Below, piece after piece: positions 36,939 through 46,348 of a DNA stretch of 64,000 nucleotides. Position numbers and translations under genes: made by a program. Positions within the stretch are counted from its first letter, which is position 1; the number at the start of each line of letters is the position of its first letter. The stretch spans positions 352,001 to 416,000 of the forward strand of contig CAVVXN010000002.1 in assembly GCA_963752285.1 (NCBI GenBank), read 5' to 3'. The notes below the pieces were generated by a model. The model ran no database searches. It was not told the DNA's origin and saw nothing but the letters and a program-made list of their open reading frames with translations. This DNA is from an uncultured Planctomycetota bacterium. GTDB lineage: Bacteria; Planctomycetota; PLA2; JAEUHO01.

Positions 36939-37646
36939 TCATCCCGTCTGGGGACCCCTCTTCCCGCGCCGTCGCCTCCGCCGACGGGTCGCGCCGAACC
37001 CCAGGGCCGCCGTCCCGACGAGGAGCAGGCTCGCGGGTTCGGGCACGGGCGCCACGGACGGCCCCGTACCGGGCGTGGGCGTTCCCGACGCCGTCCAGTC
37101 GCTCGCGTTGTCGTCGGTGTCGGTCGCGTAGGCGTCGCGCGTGAGGCTGTAGCCGGCCGGGACGTCCTCTGCGTACGCGCCCTCGCCCGCGCCGTACGCG
37201 CCGGCGTCGCCGTACTGGAGCGCGTCCGCGATCGCTCCGTCCGGGTCCACGAGGCGGATCGCGTCGGGCCCGTTCTGCCAGTCCACCTCGGCCACCCCGT
37301 CGCGCGCCGCGAGCACGTCGCCCGCCGCAAAGGACGTCGCCAGGACGAGGAGCCCGTCGTCGGGGATCGACACGTCGTCGAGGGAGACGGTGCGGTAAAC
37401 CGAGCCGTCGAGCCCGTTCACGCCCTCGATCGACCACCCGTCGAGCGAGAACCCCGCGCTCCCGTAGATCTCCGTGAACACGTCGTCGGCGTCCGCGCCG
37501 TCGCCGTCGTAGCAGACCTCGTAGAGGATCGGGTCGGCCCGCGCCGGACGCGCGGCGAGCGCGAGGCCGGCGAGCGACGACGCGAGGAGGAGGGGGAGGG
37601 CGAACAGGGTTCGTCCGATCGGCGGGACGGTGGCGGGGCGTCGCAT
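36939..37646 (-). CDS. PEP-CTERM surface protein with a lamin-tail-like domain
   Basis: Signal peptide ending ARA-D; I.EV.YD...FTEI, QNGPDAIRL, SL.R...DTDDN..D motifs; C-terminal VPEPASLLLVG-TM-RRRRRRR sorting signal. Confidence 0.88.
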   Translation of the reverse strand: MRRPATVPPIGRTLFALPLLLASSLAGLALAARPARADPILYEVCYDGDGADADDVFTEIYGSAGFSLDGWSIEGVNGLDGSVYRTVSLDDVSIPDDGLLVLATSFAAGDVLAARDGVAEVDWQNGPDAIRLVDPDGAIADALQYGDAGAYGAGEGAYAEDVPAGYSLTRDAYATDTDDNASDWTASGTPTPGTGPSVAPVPEPASLLLVGTAALGFGATRRRRRRRGKRGPQTG

Positions 37647-37882
37647 GGGTTCCTCGGCGTGGGGGGACACCCCTCCATCGCGCGGGCCTCGCGCACGGTC
37701 ACACACGTCGCCCGCGGCGGGGACCTCTGTCCCGACGGCGGCGAGCGCGCGGGGTCGCCGCGCGTCCCGCCGCGCGCCCCGCCACGGGGGTTGGGATCTC
37801 TCGTTGGAGGAAGGGCGCCCGCCCGGCTGCGAGGTAGGGTTTCCTACTTCGCCTCTTCCCAGGCGCTTCCCGAGGAGGGTTC

Positions 37883-39316
37883 ATGATCGACCGCATCGGC
37901 GAGCGCTTCCGCGCCGTCTGCCCGTCGGCCGACTTCGTGTCGCTCAGGTACGTCGACGACCAGACCGAGGGCTTCGGCGTGCGCCAGGGCGTCGTCGAGC
38001 CCGTGGAGACGCAGCGTGACGTCGGTGCCATGCTCACGGTCGTGGACCGCGGCGGCCTCGGCTACGCCGCGACGAGCGACGTCAGCCAGGCGGGCCTCGC
38101 CGAGGCCGCGCGGCGCGCGCTCGCGTGGGCGAGGAAGAGCGCGGGGCGTACCGTCACCGACTACTCCCGCCTCCCGCTCGGCGGCGGGAAGGGCGCCTAC
38201 GAGTCACCGGTCCGCGTGCCGTGGAATCGGACCTCGCTCGCGGACAAGGTGGACCAGCTTCGCCAGGAGAACGAGCGCCTCAAGACGGATGAGCGCATCG
38301 TCGACTGGTGGGCGCGCCTCGCACGCGTCGAGGAGGACTCCCTCTACGTGGACTCGGAGGGCGCAGAGATCCGCCAGCGCTTCGAGATCGTGATGCCGAG
38401 CATGGGCGTGGTCGCGTTCGACGGGAAGGAGCCCGTGCGGCGCACGCTCTACGGCCACGGCGCGGTCCGTCAGGGCGGCCTGGAGGTCTTGGACGACGTC
38501 GGGTTCTACACCGCGGCGCCGCGGCTCGTCGAGGAGGCGCTCGTGCTCCTCGCCGCCCCCGATTGCCCGTCCGGCGCGCTCGACGTGGTGCTCGCACCCG
38601 ACCAGATGATCCTCCAGATCCACGAGTCGATCGGGCATCCCCTCGAGCTCGACCGCATCCTCGGCGACGAGCGCAACTACGCCGGCACGTCGTTCGTCAC
38701 GCTCGACATGTTCGGCACGTACCGGTACGGCTCCGACCTCCTGAACATCGTGTGGGACCCGACGCGCCCCGAGCAGCTCGCGTCGTTCGCGTTCGACGAC
38801 GAGGGCACGCCCGCGAGCAAGGAGCACGTGATCCGCGAGGGGATCCTGCTCCGGCCCCTCGGGGGCCGGACCTCGCAGGCGCGCGCCGGGATCGCGGGCG
38901 TCGCCACCACGCGTGCGAGCGGGTGGAACCGCCCGCCGATCGACCGCATGGCGAACCTGAACCTCGAGCCGGGCACGAGCACGTTCGACGAGCTCGTGCG
39001 CGGCGTCGAGCGCGGCGTGTACATGGAGACGAACACGTCGTGGTCGATCGACGACTCCCGAAACAAGTTCCAGTTCGGGTGCGAGCGCGGCCGCCTGATC
39101 GAGGACGGCGAGCTCAAGGGCGTGGTGAAGAAGCCCAACTACCGCGGGATCTCGGCCACGTTCTGGCGAAGCCTCACGGGCGTCGGCGACGAGAGCACCT
39201 TCCAGGTCCTCGGCACGCCGAACTGCGGCAAGGGAGAGCCCAACCAGCTGGTCCGGGTCGGGCACGCTTCCCCGGCGTGTCGCTTCTCGGGTGTGGAGGT
39301 GTTCGGTGGTGTCTGA
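37883..39316 (+). CDS. tldD: TldD metalloprotease subunit
   Basis: IHESIGHPLELDR (HExxxH), FDDEG, PIDRMANL and CGKGEP motifs. Confidence 0.93.
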   Translation: MIDRIGERFRAVCPSADFVSLRYVDDQTEGFGVRQGVVEPVETQRDVGAMLTVVDRGGLGYAATSDVSQAGLAEAARRALAWARKSAGRTVTDYSRLPLGGGKGAYESPVRVPWNRTSLADKVDQLRQENERLKTDERIVDWWARLARVEEDSLYVDSEGAEIRQRFEIVMPSMGVVAFDGKEPVRRTLYGHGAVRQGGLEVLDDVGFYTAAPRLVEEALVLLAAPDCPSGALDVVLAPDQMILQIHESIGHPLELDRILGDERNYAGTSFVTLDMFGTYRYGSDLLNIVWDPTRPEQLASFAFDDEGTPASKEHVIREGILLRPLGGRTSQARAGIAGVATTRASGWNRPPIDRMANLNLEPGTSTFDELVRGVERGVYMETNTSWSIDDSRNKFQFGCERGRLIEDGELKGVVKKPNYRGISATFWRSLTGVGDESTFQVLGTPNCGKGEPNQLVRVGHASPACRFSGVEVFGGV

Positions 39317-40679
39317 CGCAGCCCTCCTCTCTCCCGACGCCACGCGTGCCGCCTCTGCGCGCGAGACGTTCGGTCGCCTCGCGGCGCGGATGATCGGCCA
39401 GCTCCAGTCGGGCGAGGTCCTCTTCTGCACGATCCGCGGCGAGGACTCCGATTTCGTCCGTCTGAACCACGGCGAGGTCCGGCAGGCCGGCTCGGTGATG
39501 CAGCGTCACTTCTCCCTGCACCTGATCCGGGGCGCGCGGCACGTGACGGGCCGCGTCACGCTGGCCGGCGAGGAGGCCGACGACGTCCAGCGCCTCGAGA
39601 CCGCCCTGCGCGGCCTCCGCGAGCGCATTGCGCTCCTCCCCGAGGACCCGTACCTGCTCTACGCCACGGACGCGGGGGAGCGCGAGACCCACGCGTCGAG
39701 CGACCTCCCCGACCCCGGGGCGGCCCTCGACAAGATCCGCGCGGCGTCGGGCGACCGGGACCTGGTCGGGATCTACGCGTCCGGCGCGATCTACGTGGGG
39801 CTCGTGAGCTCGCTCGGGCAGTCGTACTGGTACGACACGCGGAACTTCAACTTCGACTGGAGCTTCTACCACGCGGGCGACAAGGCCGTGAAGACGGCCT
39901 ACGCGGGCTTCTCGTGGGACGACGAGGCCTTCGAACGCAAGGTGGACCTCGCGTCGCGCCAGCTGGAAGCCCTGAAGCGCCCCGCGCGCACGGTGCCGCC
40001 CGGCCCGTACCGGGCGTACCTCGCCCCGGCCGCGCTCTCGGACGTGTTCAGCCTCCTCTCGTGGGGCGGCTTCGGCCTGAAGATGCTGAAGACCCGGCAG
40101 AGCCCCCTGATGCGCCTCGCGAGCGGCGAGGCCGCGATGCACGAGAGCGTGCGACTCGTCGAGAACACGGCGGAGGGCATCGCCCCGGACTTCCAGGAGG
40201 ACGGCTTCCTCAAGCCCGCCACGGTGCCGCTGATCCAGTCGGGTCGCCTGGCCGAGACGCTCGTGTCGCCGCGGTCGGCGAAGGAGTACGGCGTACCCAC
40301 GAACGGGGCCTCGGCCGCGGAGACGCCGGAGGCGATGGACCTCGGCGCCGGCGACCTGCCGCACGACGACGTGCTGGCGAAGCTCGGCACCGGCGTGTGG
40401 ATCGGGAACGTCTGGTACTTGAACTACTCGGACCGCGCCGCCTGCCGCACGACGGGCATGACGCGGTTCGCCACGTTCTGGGTCGAGGACGGCGAGATCG
40501 TCGCCCCCCTGAACGTCATGCGCTTCGACGACACCGTGTACGACATGCTCGGCAAGAACCTGGACGGCCTGACGCAGGACCGCGAGCTGATCCTCGAGCC
40601 CGGCACGTACTTCCAGCGCGAGGCGGCGAGCGGACACTTCCCCGGCGCCCTCGTGAACGACTTCCGCTTCACGCTGTAG
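39309..40679 (+). CDS. TldE/PmbA family subunit
   Basis: Overlaps tldD; PGPYRAYLAP, WYLNYSD and TGMTRFATFWVE.GEI motifs; no HExxxH. Confidence 0.9.
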   Translation: MSDAALLSPDATRAASARETFGRLAARMIGQLQSGEVLFCTIRGEDSDFVRLNHGEVRQAGSVMQRHFSLHLIRGARHVTGRVTLAGEEADDVQRLETALRGLRERIALLPEDPYLLYATDAGERETHASSDLPDPGAALDKIRAASGDRDLVGIYASGAIYVGLVSSLGQSYWYDTRNFNFDWSFYHAGDKAVKTAYAGFSWDDEAFERKVDLASRQLEALKRPARTVPPGPYRAYLAPAALSDVFSLLSWGGFGLKMLKTRQSPLMRLASGEAAMHESVRLVENTAEGIAPDFQEDGFLKPATVPLIQSGRLAETLVSPRSAKEYGVPTNGASAAETPEAMDLGAGDLPHDDVLAKLGTGVWIGNVWYLNYSDRAACRTTGMTRFATFWVEDGEIVAPLNVMRFDDTVYDMLGKNLDGLTQDRELILEPGTYFQREAASGHFPGALVNDFRFTL

Positions 40680-40748
40680 TCCCCCTCGTCCGCTCGGGGT
40701 CCGCGTGGGGTCCTGGCCCGCCGCGGGGGCCGCCTCCCCGGCCGTCCG

Positions 40749-41200
40749 TCAGGCCGGGTCGTCGGGTTCCTCCAGCCAGCTGGCGTCGAACAGGTCCTTC
40801 TTCCGCCCCGTGGCCTTCTTGTTGCGGAGGAGGGCTTCCCTCCCGAGCACGGGAACCGCCTGCCCCTCCACGGGGGCCGTGACCCGGGAGGTCGACGCCT
40901 CGTCGAAGGTCACGCCGTCGATCTCGGTGAGGAGGTCGATTCGATTCGGCACCACGCCGATCTGGAAGATCAGCCCCGGCGTGGCGAGGTCCTGCTCGGA
41001 GGGATCGGCGAGCGGGGCCCCGAAGCTCCTGAGGGCGAGCAGGACCCGCTTCGCGTTCTCGGGCGTGGGGCGACCCAGATTTCGATGTCACCGGTCGCCC
41101 TCGGGTACCCATGTGCGATGAGCGCGTATCCACCTACGACGAGGTAGTCAGCGCCGGCCTCGGACAACGCGGACAACATCTCTCTGAAGTCCCTGTTCAC
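40749..41200 (-). pseudogene. Nucleotidyltransferase-fold protein, frameshifted at the G-run 41067-41070 (possibly a sequencing error)
   Basis: MNRDFREML..L...YLVVGGYA..HGYPRATGDIEIWV joins, with one added base, PENAKRVLLALRSFGAP...IGVVPNRIDLLTEIDGV.F...LLRNKKATGR.KD. Confidence 0.75.
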
Positions 41201-41357
41201 CGATCGGCTCTCCCCGGAATGCCCACACGTCCTTCGTGATCTGCCAGGCGATCTCCCAGAGCTCCGCGATGGTCTTGCCCTTCACCCGGCTGCCCGGACG
41301 GGGCTGTCCGGGGCGGACGACGCGGACGGGGCCACGGGATCGATCCACGAGCGACAT
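41148..41357 (-). CDS. Small hypothetical protein, probable partner of the nucleotidyltransferase
   Basis: 69 aa, ...WQITKDVWAFRG...LQRDVVRVVR; overlaps the start of the nucleotidyltransferase. Confidence 0.55.
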   Translation of the reverse strand: MSLVDRSRGPVRVVRPGQPRPGSRVKGKTIAELWEIAWQITKDVWAFRGEPIGEQGLQRDVVRVVRGRR

Positions 41358-41403
41358 TCTATCCCGACCGGTCTCCGAGGGGATCGCCCTCGTGGGCGGC
41401 GGG

Positions 41404-42789
41404 TCAGCCCGCGGCGGGCGGCTCCTCCGTGGGGAGCGGCCGGTGCACGAGCCCGCCGTGGGGGCGGACGCCCACGACGCGGAGGAGGAGCGCGCGGCGG
41501 CCGACGGTCGGGCGGCGGCCGAGCGCGGGCACGAGGCGCGGGAGCGCGGCCGCCACGCCGAGGCGCGCCAGCGCGCTCGCGAGGAAGAGGACGTACACGT
41601 CGTGATCGAGGGCGACGAGGAGGGCCGCGCCGAGGAGGCCGCCCGTGACCTGGCCCGTCGCGTTCACGACGTTCTGCGCCGCGAAGACCCAGACCCGCAC
41701 GCGCTTCGTGGTGGACTCGAGGACGAGCGAGAAGTAGCCGACCTCGTGCCCGCCCCACGCGAAGCCCGAGAGCCCCTGCGCGACGACCACCCACGCGAGG
41801 CCGCGCGCCCAGAGCCACGGCAGGGGCACGATCCCGACGAGGAGCGCCGCGAGGGAGAGCACCGGCCGTGCGCCGTAGAGGTCCACCGCGTGCCCCCAGG
41901 CCGGGAGCACGAGGACCTTCAGCGCCACGACCGCCGCGCTCGCGAGCGTGTACTCGAGGTAGGAGAAGCGGAGCCCCTCCAGCATGTGCGGGCCGAAGTA
42001 GGGCGCCGCGAGGTACACGGCGACCTGCATGGCCCCGCCGAACGCGAGGAGTCGCCACGCCGCGCGGCCGCGCGCCGTCGCGAGGAAGCGCCGGGCGGTC
42101 GCGGGCCCGGGCGGGGGCGGCGCGGGCGGCTCGGGCGAGAGGAGGAGGAGCGCGCCCGAGACGACCCGCGCGAGGGCGGCGGCGGCGAAGAGCGCGGCGT
42201 AGCCGAGGCCGCCCGCGCCCGCCGGGACCGAGCCCGGGGCGCCCGGCTCGACGTGCTGGAGGACGACGCCCGAGACCGCGAGCGACGCGAACGTGAAGAG
42301 GTGCACGAACCGGCTCCGTCGCGCGAAGTAGCGGCCCCGGACGCCCGCCGGCACGAGGTCGCCGAGCCACGACGCCCATGCGGGGCCGGAGCACTGTCCG
42401 CCCACCTGCTGCACCACCGCGAGGAGCACGAGCGCCGCGATCGACGCGGCGTGCGTCGCGTGGAGCAGCGCGAGCGTCGCCAGCACCGCCACCTGGATGG
42501 CGACACCGAGGAGGACCACGCGCTTGCGCCGACCCCCGCGCCGGAGCAGGACCACGGAGAGCAACGCGCCGAGTGCGCCCCCGGCGAAGGGGAGGGTCAC
42601 CACCAGCGCCACGGCCAGCGGCGTCGCGCCGAGCCGCACGGCGTCGGCCACGAACCACGCCTCGCTCGCGCCCACCATCACGGCGAAGAGCGAGCCCTCC
42701 GGCATCGAGAGGCGCATCGTCCGCTCGACCTCGCCGGGGGCGAGGGAGCGCCGCGGCGCGGGCCCCGAGCGCTCGCCGCCCCGCGCCAT
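41404..42789 (-). CDS. MFS transporter
   Basis: About 12 hydrophobic segments; W.SWLGDLVP...RGRYF..R and WG..VD.YG.RP motifs; its ATG overlaps the GCS2 stop. Confidence 0.87.
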   Translation of the reverse strand: MARGGERSGPAPRRSLAPGEVERTMRLSMPEGSLFAVMVGASEAWFVADAVRLGATPLAVALVVTLPFAGGALGALLSVVLLRRGGRRKRVVLLGVAIQVAVLATLALLHATHAASIAALVLLAVVQQVGGQCSGPAWASWLGDLVPAGVRGRYFARRSRFVHLFTFASLAVSGVVLQHVEPGAPGSVPAGAGGLGYAALFAAAALARVVSGALLLLSPEPPAPPPPGPATARRFLATARGRAAWRLLAFGGAMQVAVYLAAPYFGPHMLEGLRFSYLEYTLASAAVVALKVLVLPAWGHAVDLYGARPVLSLAALLVGIVPLPWLWARGLAWVVVAQGLSGFAWGGHEVGYFSLVLESTTKRVRVWVFAAQNVVNATGQVTGGLLGAALLVALDHDVYVLFLASALARLGVAAALPRLVPALGRRPTVGRRALLLRVVGVRPHGGLVHRPLPTEEPPAAG

Positions 42790-44015
42790 CAGGGGAGGAA
42801 GGGCTGGTCGGCCGCGAGCGCGTCGGCAAGACGCCCGTACACCCCGGCGAGACGCGCGCGCGTCGGGCCCGGTCCCGCGGCCTCGAGGAGCCGCCGGGCG
42901 AGGGGGCCGCGGTCGAGGATCAGGTCGAGGCGCTCCCGGAAGGGCCTGTGCCTCGGCGCCGCGCGTTCGAGGAGCGCGCGCCACGCCTCGCCGAGCGAGA
43001 GCGCGCCGTGGTCGGGGAGGCCGAGGGCACGCTGGTGCGCGCGGTCGTCGATCACGCCCCACTCGCCGTGCTCTGCCGCCGACCAGAGGGTCTTCGCGAG
43101 CGCCTCGCTCGAAAGCGCGCGCAGCTCGTCGTCGTCCCGCCGCACGAGATCCTTCAGGATCTCGCTCGTGGCCGCGGCGACGGCGAGGTCGGCCGTCGGG
43201 CCCTCCTGGGTGTCGAGCACGCGGATCTCGATCGCGTAGCGGTCGAACCGCGCGATCGCGCCGCGCGCGTTCACCCACTCGTAGCGGAGCACGCCCTCGG
43301 GGTCGAAGGGCGCCAGGTCCTGGTAGATGCCCGCGAGCAGCACCCCCTCGTACGCCGCCCGCGTGTAGTGGGGCTCGGGCACCACCACGCCGCTCACCGA
43401 CGGCACGCGGCGCGCGTTCGACCGGTAGGCCCGTAGGCGGCTGTCGAGCCAGCCGGTCGCCTCGCCCTCGACGAAGGGCGAGCTCGCCGCGAGCGCGGGC
43501 AGGAGCGGAAGCACCGCGCGGATCGCCGCGTGGAGGCGCCCGAACTCGTCGTCGTCGGCGAACGGCAGGTTCACGTGCATGCTCTGCAGGTTCGACCAGC
43601 CGTGGCCGCGGCAGTCGAAGATGCGGTGGAACGTCTCGTAGACCGCACCGTACTCGTGGGGCCAGAGGCGGGTCTCCGTGTCGGGCTGCATCCAGGGGTG
43701 CATGCCGCCGGGCAGCAGGCGCGCCCCGAGGGGCGCGAGGATCCCGTCGATCCGGCGGACGTCCGCGGCGAAGTGCGCGGGCAGGGGCGCGAGGGCCGGC
43801 GCCGGACCGTTCGTCTTCAGCTCGACGACGTGGAGGACCAGCTCGTTCGACCACGAGAGCGGGCCCTGATCGGTCTCCGACACGATCTCGCCCGCGGCCG
43901 CCTCCAGCACGCGGTCGGTCAGGGGGGCCACGTCGAGCGTACGGCGATCGACGATCATGTACTCGATCTCGATCCCGTAGCCCTGGAAGAGGCCGAGGCG
44001 CGGTGATTCGTCCAT
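42789..44015 (-). CDS. Glutamate-cysteine ligase family 2 (GCS2) carboxylate-amine ligase
   Basis: GIEIEYMIVD, SNELVLHVVELK, GMHP.M, SMHVNLP, LAASSPF, NARGAIARF and IEIRVLD motifs. Confidence 0.9.
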   Translation of the reverse strand: MDESPRLGLFQGYGIEIEYMIVDRRTLDVAPLTDRVLEAAAGEIVSETDQGPLSWSNELVLHVVELKTNGPAPALAPLPAHFAADVRRIDGILAPLGARLLPGGMHPWMQPDTETRLWPHEYGAVYETFHRIFDCRGHGWSNLQSMHVNLPFADDDEFGRLHAAIRAVLPLLPALAASSPFVEGEATGWLDSRLRAYRSNARRVPSVSGVVVPEPHYTRAAYEGVLLAGIYQDLAPFDPEGVLRYEWVNARGAIARFDRYAIEIRVLDTQEGPTADLAVAAATSEILKDLVRRDDDELRALSSEALAKTLWSAAEHGEWGVIDDRAHQRALGLPDHGALSLGEAWRALLERAAPRHRPFRERLDLILDRGPLARRLLEAAGPGPTRARLAGVYGRLADALAADQPFLP

Positions 44016-44032
44016 GGGGGCCGTGGCGCCGC

Positions 44033-45490
44033 TCAGGCGCGCCGCGCCTCCATGCGGGCGAGGAACACGTCCGCGAGGCGCAGCCAGAGGTCGTCCTTCA
44101 ACACCTTGTCCTCGAACCCGCCGTCGAGGTTCGGGTTGTCGTTGACCTCCATCACGAAGCACGAGCGGCCGCGCTGCTTCACGTCCACGCCGTAGAGGCC
44201 GTCGCCGACGGCGTTCGCGGCCCGGAGCGCGGCGTGCACCACCGCGCGGGGTGCGTCGCCCACGTGGAGCGTGTCCACCTTGCCGTACTCCGTCTCCCGG
44301 CCGGCTTGGTGCTTCATGATCTGCCAGTGGTTCTTGGCCATGTGGTACCGGCAGACGTAGAGGGGGCGGCGGTCGAGCACGCCGACCCGCCAGTCGAACT
44401 CGGTGGGCAGGAACTCCTGCGCCACCACGATCTCGGAGTCGGCGAGGAGCCGCGCGACCTCGCGCTCCCGGTCCTCGACGGTGCGGGCGAGGACCACGCC
44501 CCGCGAGAACGACGAGTCGGGCTGCTTCAGGACGCAGGGGAGCCCGATGTCGGCGAGCGTCTCCTCCTGGTTGTCCTGGTGCACCAGGCGGGTCTTCGGC
44601 TGGCGCACGCCCTGGCGCTCCAGGAGCTCGGAGAGGTAGACCTTGTTGCCGCAGCGGATGATCGAGCGCGGGTCGTCGATGACGACGATCCCCTCGGCCG
44701 CCGCGCGCCGCGCGAACCGGTACGTGTAGTGGTTGACCGCGGTGGTCGTGCGGAGGAAGAGCCCGTCGAACTCGGGGACCCGGCCGTAGTCCTCGCGTTC
44801 GATGTGCTCCACCCCGATGCCCACCGACTGCGCCGCGCGCTCGAATCGATCGAGGGCGCGTTCGTTGCTGGGCGGGCTCGTTTCTTTCGAGTCCACGAGG
44901 ATCGCGAGGTGGAAGCGGGGGGGCTTGCGACGGCGCACGGGGGTCCGCCGCCCGGCGAAGTAGCGCTCCGCCGCCTCGCGCACGAACGGCCGATGGTTCT
45001 CGGGGATCTCGGCCGTGGCGATCGGACCGACGCCCACGAGCTGCCACTCGCCGTCGTCCTTCTCGAAGCGCGCGCGGAGGAGCGGGGCGGGAAACTGGTT
45101 GAAGAGCGCGCGGGCCAGCGCCCCGTGCGACTGCGCCAGCGGGCGTCCGAAGTAGACCGACAGGACGAACTCCGACGACTGGATGCGCGAGAAGCTCCGC
45201 TCGATGAGCGTGCTCAGGTCGCTCGAGACGAGCCGCGTGACGGCCTTGTCCCGGAGGTCCTGCAGCGTTGCGACGCTCGGGATCGGTCGATGGCCCCGCG
45301 CCTCCGCGAGGAGCGAGACGTAGTACCCCGTCCGTTGGTACGCGTACGAGCGGCAGATGTTGAAGACGAGCGCGCCGCGGAGCGTGCTGTACTCCGGCTG
45401 CGTCAGGTACGCGCGGGCTGCGACCACCTCGACGCCCGGGATCTCGAGCGGCCAGCGCGCGGGGTTGTCGACGACGATCAGCGGTCTCAA
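44033..45490 (-). CDS. RimK-family ATP-grasp ligase with N-terminal RLAN-type domain
   Basis: N-terminal VFNICRSY.Y...GYYVSLLAEARGH; ATP-grasp motifs LKQPDSSFSRGV, QEFLPT.FDWRVG, YGVDVK, EVNDNP; TTG start overlaps the upstream stop. Confidence 0.9.
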   Translation of the reverse strand: MRPLIVVDNPARWPLEIPGVEVVAARAYLTQPEYSTLRGALVFNICRSYAYQRTGYYVSLLAEARGHRPIPSVATLQDLRDKAVTRLVSSDLSTLIERSFSRIQSSEFVLSVYFGRPLAQSHGALARALFNQFPAPLLRARFEKDDGEWQLVGVGPIATAEIPENHRPFVREAAERYFAGRRTPVRRRKPPRFHLAILVDSKETSPPSNERALDRFERAAQSVGIGVEHIEREDYGRVPEFDGLFLRTTTAVNHYTYRFARRAAAEGIVVIDDPRSIIRCGNKVYLSELLERQGVRQPKTRLVHQDNQEETLADIGLPCVLKQPDSSFSRGVVLARTVEDREREVARLLADSEIVVAQEFLPTEFDWRVGVLDRRPLYVCRYHMAKNHWQIMKHQAGRETEYGKVDTLHVGDAPRAVVHAALRAANAVGDGLYGVDVKQRGRSCFVMEVNDNPNLDGGFEDKVLKDDLWLRLADVFLARMEARRA

Positions 45491-46221
45491 GCGGTCCCCC
45501 CGGGCCTCGGCTTCAGCACGAGCAGGTTGGCGTCGTACGTGACGATGCCGAGCATGATCGAACAGATCAAGCGGTCGATGTTCACGGCATACCGAGGCGG
45601 CGTGCCCGCGGGGTTCGGCTGGAGGGGGTCCGCCACCAGCACGCCGCGCGCGTCCGGATCGTAGCCGCAGAGGACCACGAAGTGGCCCTGGGGGTCGCCC
45701 CAGACGTCGTCCTCCCGCAGCCGGTTCCCCTCCGGCACCTCGCGCATGGTGCGGTAGAGGTAGGTCGCGCTCAGGCCGCAGAGGATCGGGACGCCCTGCC
45801 GTAGGTACCGGCGGAGCAGGCCGGTGGTCAGGTCCTCGAGGAGGATCGTCCCGCCGAGGCGCAGGAACTCCCGGTACGCGTCGATCGCCCGCCCGTGCCG
45901 CGCTTCGCCATCGGCTTTCGCCGCCCGGCGGAGCGCCAGGCGCTCGGAGAGGCGCCCGTCCGGGGGACCATGCCCGAACCAGGACGGGTCGAACACCATC
46001 AGGTTGTACGTGAAGACCGTCGCGTCGAACCCCCGGCGGAGCGCGTCGGTCCCGAGCATGACGGCGAGCGTCCCGCCGTCCTGGAAGCGCGCAGTCGCGT
46101 CGATCACCTGGTCGAGGGTCAGGTCGAGGCCGTGATAGCGGTAGACGGCGTGGAGGCAGGTGGGCCCGCACGTGGTGTCGTCGGGCTGGGGGAGGATCTC
46201 GAGGTCGAGGGCGCCGAGCAT
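45487..46221 (-). CDS. Peptidase C39-like (papain-fold) protein
   Basis: QPDDTTCGPTCL, GHFVVLCGYD and VADP give a Gln/Cys-His-Asp arrangement. Confidence 0.85.
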   Translation of the reverse strand: MLGALDLEILPQPDDTTCGPTCLHAVYRYHGLDLTLDQVIDATARFQDGGTLAVMLGTDALRRGFDATVFTYNLMVFDPSWFGHGPPDGRLSERLALRRAAKADGEARHGRAIDAYREFLRLGGTILLEDLTTGLLRRYLRQGVPILCGLSATYLYRTMREVPEGNRLREDDVWGDPQGHFVVLCGYDPDARGVLVADPLQPNPAGTPPRYAVNIDRLICSIMLGIVTYDANLLVLKPRPGGTA

Positions 46222-46348
46222 CCCCGGATTGTCCGCCCGGACGGCGCGAGGGACGCGATTCTCGGAGCCGTCGGTGGACCGCGCGGGGCCCCGCCGGGCC
46301 CGCGTGGGGCCCGCCGGGCCGGGACGCGGGCGCCGCGGCCGCCGCCGG

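Noticed and set aside
37883..40679. TldD/E as part of a RiPP cluster with the nearby ligases
   Set aside because: Opposite orientation to the ligase operon, separated by the NTase cassette, and no precursor peptide or YcaO gene seen; tldDE pairs are common housekeeping genes.
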